From Octopus sinensis (lineage: Eukaryota), in the NCBI RefSeq assembly GCF_006345805.1, contig NC_043008.1, forward strand, positions 15,004,001 through 15,068,000: a stretch of DNA of 64,000 bases, written 5' to 3'. The position numbers were made by a program, and so were the translations under genes. Positions 56,545 through 64,000 of the stretch are shown piece after piece; within the stretch, counting starts at the first letter, position 1, and every line of letters starts with the position of its first letter. Below the pieces are notes generated by a model. The model made no database searches. It had not been told where the DNA came from and saw only the letters and a list, made by a program, of their open reading frames with translations.

Positions 56545-56780
56545 AAATAATAAACACGGAAATGCCAGATCTTACGGAAATACTAGAAATCAATATTGTT
56601 TTGATAATGATGTGATCGATAATGCCCAACCTAAACTCTCCATACCCCTGATCGATAATGCTCAGTCTGAACTCTCCTGATCGATTCCTCAACATACCTA
56701 CACACCAATATTTCAAAATACCTTCATCTTTATTTTATACAGTTCTATATTTAAGAGATGAGGAGTTATATACATTATTT

Positions 56781-56910
56781 ACATTATTTACATTTGACGG
56801 ATATTTGCCCACGGGCATATGGCGTAGTGGTTAAGATCGCGGGCTACTAACCCCAAGATTCCGAGTTCGATTCCAAGCAATGACCTGAATAATAATAAAA
56901 ATAACAATAG

Positions 56911-56958
<48 letters not shown>

Positions 56959-57163
56959 TAATAACAATAATAATAATAATAATAATAATGATGATAATAA
57001 TAATAAGAAGAAGAATTAAAAAATCGAAAAATACCTTAGGAATGAGAACCCAGGTTCGAAAATTCCCCAAGACACCTGATGAAAGCTGGAGAGTGTATCA
57101 GCCGAAACGTTGTGTTAACAACAAACAAGATGAGGACAAATGTCCGTCAAATCTAAATAATGT
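56781..57163 (+). mobile_element. Non-autonomous element: inverted ends, tRNA-like head, (AAT)n, Penelope-type hammerhead tail
   Basis: 30-bp inverted repeats at 56781-56810 and 57134-57163 (27/30 match). The head GGGCATATGGCGTAGTGGTTAAG...GAGTTCGATTCC has A and B boxes. Hammerhead motif at 57071-57116. Confidence 0.78.
57071..57116 (+). ncRNA. Minimal type-I hammerhead ribozyme motif
   Basis: GACAC-CTGATGA-A-AGCTG(loop)CAGCC-GAAA-CG-TT^GTGTT. Helix I pairs GACAC with GTGTT, and helix III is the palindrome ACGT. Helix II has an A.C mismatch at its base. Confidence 0.7.
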
Positions 57164-59203
57164 ACTTCATCTTTATGTCCTCAAACCTAAGAAATTAATC
57201 GTTTCAACGACAATTCGACCTGCCAGAAATAGCACCTAAATTCGTTGGTGTGAGGCGTTTTGGCGTCATCTATTGGGCATCGCTGATTAGACGCTGACTT
57301 ATTTGACATGAAACGTTTTAAGATTTCTACCGTTTTACTGTTTCTCCCGTTCTCTCCCTCCTCTCCAACCCTCCATCTCTTCCTACTCCACCCTCCCTGC
57401 CTCCTCTCCTACCCTCCCTCCCTGCCTGTGTTGGTCCCAGGATAGAAACTATTTAAATCGCGATAGGTTGACCATTAGTCTGTCGAATCCGTCGGTTCTG
57501 GTTGTAAGAACATTCCTAAAAGTTATAGACATTCGAGAACTTCCTCTGAATCGTTTATTCCATATTATTTGTCGCAGACATTTGACAACTTCTTCTGAAT
57601 CGTTTATTCCATATTGTTTAGAGTTAACGACGTCTAATTCTTTAACTTTTATCGTGAGAGATTATCAATCACTGTTTTAATTAAGTTATTTAACTTTCTT
57701 AATAAAGAATAAGCACCAGGTGATGTAAGAGAATTGAAGAAGATGAAGAAATAAAGATTAGTTTCTCTCTACTTTACTGTGATCTTCACTTACGATAGTA
57801 CAAGTAGTTAATTATTTGTTTAAAGCAAACTGTCACATGAAAATATTGATTTCTTTTTGCGAGACACACTGTCTTATGCTTTCTTCACGGATGTTGAGAT
57901 ACCCATACCTATCCTTACAGGTTGTGGTTGTTGCACTCGATGATATAAAATGGCTTCAACCAAGGAGTGGAAGTCCGTGTATGCTGGGCTTTTTTTTACC
58001 TCTTGCTCTACGGCACACAATATTTGATTAACATATAAATGAGATATTTCTTAGCCAGGGGGCTTTAAAAATTTCATGTTAACTTTATAATGATGAAGAG
58101 CTTAAAGGTACTCGTGATGACGTGCATCTTGTTTGTTTGAGTAAATCATCTGAGTGTCAACGTTCTCTCCTTTGTAAATGATGCTAAAGGAAATAAAAAA
58201 TCAATTAATACTTGCAGTGTTTACAATGATCCAGTTGTTTACAGTTTGGTACTGCGACTTAACAATTTATTAAAATATTGACTCGAGTTTCGTTAGGTAC
58301 ATTATCATCACGTACTCTATTGACTGTCGAAGCCTGTTGCTAGGATGCCATTGAAGTACTCTGAAAATGCCAGCAATCGATGCCAATCCCTACTCTTTTA
58401 TACACGCGAAAATGTTGCAGGCTATCTGGTTCTTGATGTCGGACCAGGATGTCTTTTTATCTGACCCTTTATTTTCCTTCTTCACCCTTCTGCGACTGTG
58501 CTCTGCAGAATGAATTTAAGCTCGGAGATATTTCTATACAACACAAGCGTGCGGTAATTTCACTATTATGAAGAGTAGTGCCTATTTGCCAGCACATTTG
58601 GTACTTTGCTACCGAACAAAACTGCTGGCATTGGGTTCTGTATGTGACAAGTATTTCATTCTTCTGAAACAGTAATCTTCGAACATAAGGATTCTTCATT
58701 TCGTGTCGGCTGCAGGTGTCCACTTTTCTCACCTGTACACAAAGATCAAAGCCATCAAGTATTTCTATACTTTGAACGTCGAGAAACAAAAAGCAAAAAA
58801 AAAGCAAAAAACGAAACAAAAACAAAAACAAACACATTTTAACTATTTTCCGGAATGACATTCCACTTCTTCATGGCAGATGAATCCAAGCCGAGATTTT
58901 ATTAGTTCAGTGCGCTGTTGGTTGCTGTGTTCTGGTTGGGGATATTGATCAAATTTGTGCTCTTCACTGAACCGACACCTTTATTCCGGATGTTCCTCAC
59001 AACCTTGGTTCTCGAAAAGGGTTAAATTAATTCTTTCGGCTAATGCTTCGTTTTCCACATTTTCTTTTAAAAACTACAACTAAGAAACAAACCAAAAACA
59101 AAACGAAGAACAAAAAAACATAATCAATAAAACATACTTAACGTTAAACGGCATAAGCTGCGGTTTTGCGTCCGGAAATAATTCCTTTAAAGATCACAGG
59201 CCC

Positions 59204-59247
<44 letters not shown>

Positions 59248-59339
59248 TGCAGGGGTAGCTTAAGCAGCTTGCTTCCTAACCACATGGTTCCGAGTTCAGT
59301 CCCATTGCATGGCACATTGGGCAAATGTCATCTCCGATA

Positions 59340-59393
<54 letters not shown>

Positions 59394-60260
59394 CATACCT
59401 TTATGTATATATTTATGTGTATGTTTCAGTGTGTGTGTTTGACCCCCATTTCATCGCTTGACAACCGATGTTTTTACGTCTCCATAACTTAGAAGATTGG
59501 CAGAAGAGGCCGATAGAATAAGTACCCAGGTTTGCAAAGAATAAGTCCAGAGGTCGATTTCTTCGACTTAAAGGTGGTGATCCAGCATGGCCCCAGTAAA
59601 ATGAGTAAAACAAATAAAAGAATACACACATACACACAAATATTGCTATATTTCTGGGTTCTTTTACTATTTTACTTGTTTCAGTCACTTGACTGCGGCC
59701 ATGCTGGAGCACCACCATGAGGGTTTTAGTCGAACAAATCGAAACCAAGGAATTTTTTAAAACCCTAGTATTTATTCTACCAGTCTTTTTTGCCAAACCG
59801 TTAAGATATGTGGACGTAAACACACTAGCACCTGTTGTCAATCGGTGATGGGGGACAAATACAGACAAAAACACACACACAATACACACACAGACACACA
59901 CACAGTGATATGTCTGGCTTCTTTCAGTTTCCGTCTACCAAATCCACTCACAAGGCTTTGGTCGGCCCGAGTCTATCGTAGAAGACTCTTACTCAAGGTG
60001 CCACGCAGTGGGACTGAACCCGGAACTATGTGGTTGGGAAGCAAGCTTCGTATCACACCAGCCGGTCACATTTTTTTCTTGCAATAAATGATAACTCTTT
60101 CGACACACAATTTCACATCAGGAATCTTGCAAGACAAATTTAATTCATAAACGTATATATATATATATATATGAATTATATTTATGAATTAAATATATAT
60201 ATATATATATATATGAATTAAATATATATATATATAATATATATGTGTGTGTGTGTGTGT

Positions 60261-60547
60261 GGAGGCGCAATGGGTTAGGGCAGCGGACTCGCGGTCGCAG
60301 GTTCGTGGTTTCGATTCCCAGACCGGGCGTTGTGAGTGTTTATTGAGCGAAAACACCGAAAAGCTCCACGAGGCTCCGGCAGGGGGTGGTGATCCCTGCT
60401 GTACTCTTTCTCCCACTCTTTCTTCTGTTGGCCTGCTCGCTTAGCCAGCGGGATGGCGTCATTCGAAGGCTAAAACAATGCGAACGCATTGTGACCAGCG
60501 ATGTGTAACAACATCTGATGGTCTGGTCGGTCACGGGATCACGTGAT
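60261..60547 (+). mobile_element. SINE family 2, tail 3
   Basis: Same head and body as 6645. It diverges after CTGTACTCTTT into ...GGTCTGGTCGGTCACGGGATCACGTGATA. Confidence 0.85.
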
Positions 60548-60740
60548 ATATATATGTATATATAAATTCGGTGTGAGTTGCATTCCGTTACTTGATAAAT
60601 GAAATGAATGTACAAACAAAGGACGTAAGGTATACTGAATGTAAAAAACGAACGGGAGACAAACAGAAATTCCACAATCCTTCATCAGCTGTCGATCAAT
60701 GGTACTGTTCAGTTTCGCACCTTTAACGGTAAGATATATA

Positions 60741-61031
60741 TTGTTTGTTCCTTCTTGAGTCACGCCTGGCACATTAGGGCCGGTTTCCCGGTTTCCTTGG
60801 CGTATAGGTTCCCCACCTGGACGGGAAAACCGGTCCGTCGCAGGTGAGCTGCAAGATGCAGGAGGAAAGAGTGAGAGAAAGTTGTGGCGAAAGAGTTAGC
60901 AGAATTTCGCCATTACCTTCTGCCGGAGCCACGTGGAGGTTAGGTGTTTCGTTCATCGCCCGGTCTGAGATTCGAACCCACGATCCCTCGACCGCGAGTT
61001 CGCTGCTCTAACCAATAGGCCATGTGCCTCC
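60741..61031 (-). mobile_element. SINE family 2, tail 2
   Basis: Related head with tail ...GGAAACCGGCCCTAATGTGCCAGGCGTGACTCAAGAAGGAACAAACAA. A 5'-truncated copy of the same type lies at about 19115-19347 (+). Confidence 0.82.
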
Positions 61032-61116
61032 ACAAGATATATATATATATATAGTTCAAATTTACATGAAACAAAAGGCAAAAATACGTACGTGTATGTA
61101 CATACACCAACACACC

Positions 61117-61160
<44 letters not shown>

Positions 61161-61320
61161 CTGTCAAAAGCTTGGCATGGACTATCAACAAGTTTATGGC
61201 AACCACTCTGAGGGCTAACCCCTTTGCAATTCAGGAGTAAGAGGTCCCCACTATGCTCCTACAACATAAGAGGCAGAAAATGTTGACAGATAACAAAAAT
61301 AAGCTGTGCAGGGCCAAGAC

Positions 61321-61399
<79 letters not shown>

Positions 61400-61451
61400 T
61401 ACACTTATACACATTTAGTCACACATATATATCTCATTCTCTATTTATGTA

Positions 61452-61496
<45 letters not shown>

Positions 61497-62926
61497 TATG
61501 TAGACACAGATATATCCATGTGTGCACGCACAATTTACCGTCAGCATACGGCTGAAAAAAGAACAAGTTAGACTTCAAAGTGTCTGAGAGGTAAGTGACT
61601 ATTCAGATAGAACTATCTCCTCTCAATGGCTCTTTAGAAGCACTGCTACCCTGATAGAAGATCCATAACCATTAACAGTTAATAAGAGGTTATTACTTCA
61701 TGCACTAATACAGCTTTGTGCTTCTTTTAACTTTATTTTTCTTTGCAGGATAAAATTCATACGGTAGCTGAAATAATTCGCTAAGCACACATTTTATTTG
61801 GAAATGCATATTCGATCTATAGCTGTGTATAAAATCTACATACATCATTCCTATCGTTCATCTAATGATTAGAAATGTATGTTTATATGTTTTAATAGTT
61901 CACTTACATATCTTCTTCCTTCTGGACTTGAGAGGAAAAATAAAAACCAAAGAAATAAAAAATAACCTCAAATATTAAACAAAACAAAGAACAAAAAACT
62001 ATGACAAAAATTAACAAACAGTACAAAAAAAAACATAGGAAGCGTAACGATGGCACATAAAATATAGAGACGTGTAATTTTGTTGGTCAACATTTTTATC
62101 GAAGTTCCAATTGGGTAAGCTAAACACAATATTAGTTTGTCAGTAAAACATAGACATTATAATGGTTGTAGATAACGCTGGTGACGGTTCTGGTTAGGCA
62201 GCGGTGGCAGCGGTGAATGGCATGGTACGATGGTGGTGATGGTGGTGGTAGTGGTTGTGGTGGTGGTAGCGAGGGGAGATGTTATAGTGTGTAGATTTAT
62301 AGTACAGGAATTCAAGTAATCAGCTTTGATGTAAATTCGCCGATAATGAGAGCTGCAGAATTCCCCGGAGTAATTATCTGAATGCATTTTTGATTTTGGT
62401 TGACAGTCAAGGACAAATACGCTATTAGTTTTCCTAAACAGATTGATCGATCGATGCCCGAGAAATCGATGCCGACTAATAATTCGTATTCTAATAATGC
62501 GATATGAAATACGTGTATCGGTATTTGAAGGCTTATTGATGACAGTGTGTCAGTGACTATCGAGGGGGATGGCCAGATGGATAGATGGATGGATAAATGA
62601 ATGGATGAATGGATAGAGGGACCGATGGATGGATGGATGAAGAGATCGAAGGATGGATGGATGGATGGACAGATCGATGGTTAAGCGAAAGGGGTTATGG
62701 TGACAATGACGCGGAATAATCGCCAGATAATAATGTAATATTTTGCAACGAACCACTTCTATTCTCTTTCTGTCATATTGTTTAGTTATGTTGAGGAGGT
62801 TTCTGATAGCAATGTGTAGGGAAATAGGCTTTTGGATTAGAATGGGATATTTTATAGTTTTGCATGGAATTGATAGTTATTGGATAATGTATGGCATACG
62901 GTGTGTGATGTTGCGTGGGCTGTGGC

Positions 62927-62929
<3 letters not shown>

Positions 62930-62979
<50 letters not shown>

Positions 62980-63258
62980 GTGTATGTGTGTGTATGTCTG
63001 TGTGTGTGCATATATATATTTATGTATATATAAATATATATCTTAATTTATAGATGTATTATTACACATTCATAAATACATCTATGCGTATATATGTGTG
63101 TGTGTGCGTGTATATATATATATATATATATACATACACACATATAAACACACATGTATATTCATATATGCATATATAAACACATACACATATATATACA
63201 CATATACACATACCTGAAGGTCTATGGGTTTATGTGTGTACATATATAAATATATCTT

Positions 63259-63292
<34 letters not shown>

Positions 63293-63377
63293 ATATATAT
63301 ACATATACATCACACATATCTCACACGCATATATGTATTTGTATATATATATATATATTTATAGATGTATATATATT

Positions 63378-63425
<48 letters not shown>

Positions 63426-63500
63426 GTATATTAATATATATATATATATATATATTTATGTATTTATATATATATATATATATATATATTTATGTTTTAT
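62930..63500. repeat. (TATATG)n, (TG)n and (TA)n mosaic
   Basis: Directly visible. Confidence 0.95.
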
Positions 63501-64000
63501 ATATTATTAATATTTACACACACGTTTGTGAATCTAATGCATAACGGAGAAGGGAGAGAGGCGAAGAAATTGGTGTTAAATATGATAATTTGTAGCAATA
63601 TGTGGTATATTGCCAATATCTCACAACTTAATACCATGACCAGATACAGTGAACAGCTTAGTGCTAGAGTTCTACGTTAAAATTGTCACCTAGCACATGT
63701 AATTACTAGCCAACGAAGAGAAGTTCTGAGTTGCTGATCTAAGCTTGATACACAGCTCAAAGCTCTCAAAGAAATAATAGCTTTGCCATTTACTTATTGG
63801 CAGATCTGATTTTACATTCATGAATAAATTTACACGCCACCTTCGTATGAAAAAAAAAAAAAGAAACAGAAATATATGCATCTACAGTAGACTCGAGAAG
63901 AAAAGCAATAGAAGCGGTTTGATATTCTCCACATCAAAAATTTTCTTTTGATATTCGACAACAGCAAATGAAAAAAAAAAAACATGCAGAGATATAGTCT

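Noticed and set aside
56813-56885. Bona fide tRNA gene (also the heads at 6645, 22285, 43422 and 60261)
   Set aside because: A and B boxes are present, but I could not fold a complete cloverleaf with an acceptor stem, and each continues into a repeat body. These are SINE heads.
60670-60730. Permuted hammerhead on the minus strand (GAAACTGAACAGTA...CTGATGA)
   Set aside because: There is no helix I pairing and no helix II partner.

Overview
AT-rich, microsatellite-saturated animal genomic DNA, most likely an octopus (inferred from SINE heads and bodies that resemble the octopus OK/OR-type tRNA-derived SINEs as I recall them). No host protein-coding exon could be identified with confidence, and almost all supplied ORFs are microsatellite translations. 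The window holds one full-length, decayed Tx1/L1-clade non-LTR retrotransposon (30121-35457, 16-bp TSD). It also holds fragments of Penelope-like, CR1-like, RLE-type (R4/Dong-like) and a second Tx1-like element, a deleted mariner, several MITEs and foldback elements, three Helentron/Helitron-like copies, and dozens of SINEs from at least five families. Two observations stand out. (1) A LINE-SINE pair appears to target the SINE's own head: the Tx1 LINE sits inside a SINE head at GGTATTTCGTCTGCCG and shares its 3' tail with that SINE. Ten SINE-SINE junctions in the window fall at the same or essentially the same nucleotide, building tandem arrays. (2) Six minimal type-I hammerhead-ribozyme motifs occur in three non-autonomous Penelope-type families, one of them with a tRNA-like head and inverted ends.
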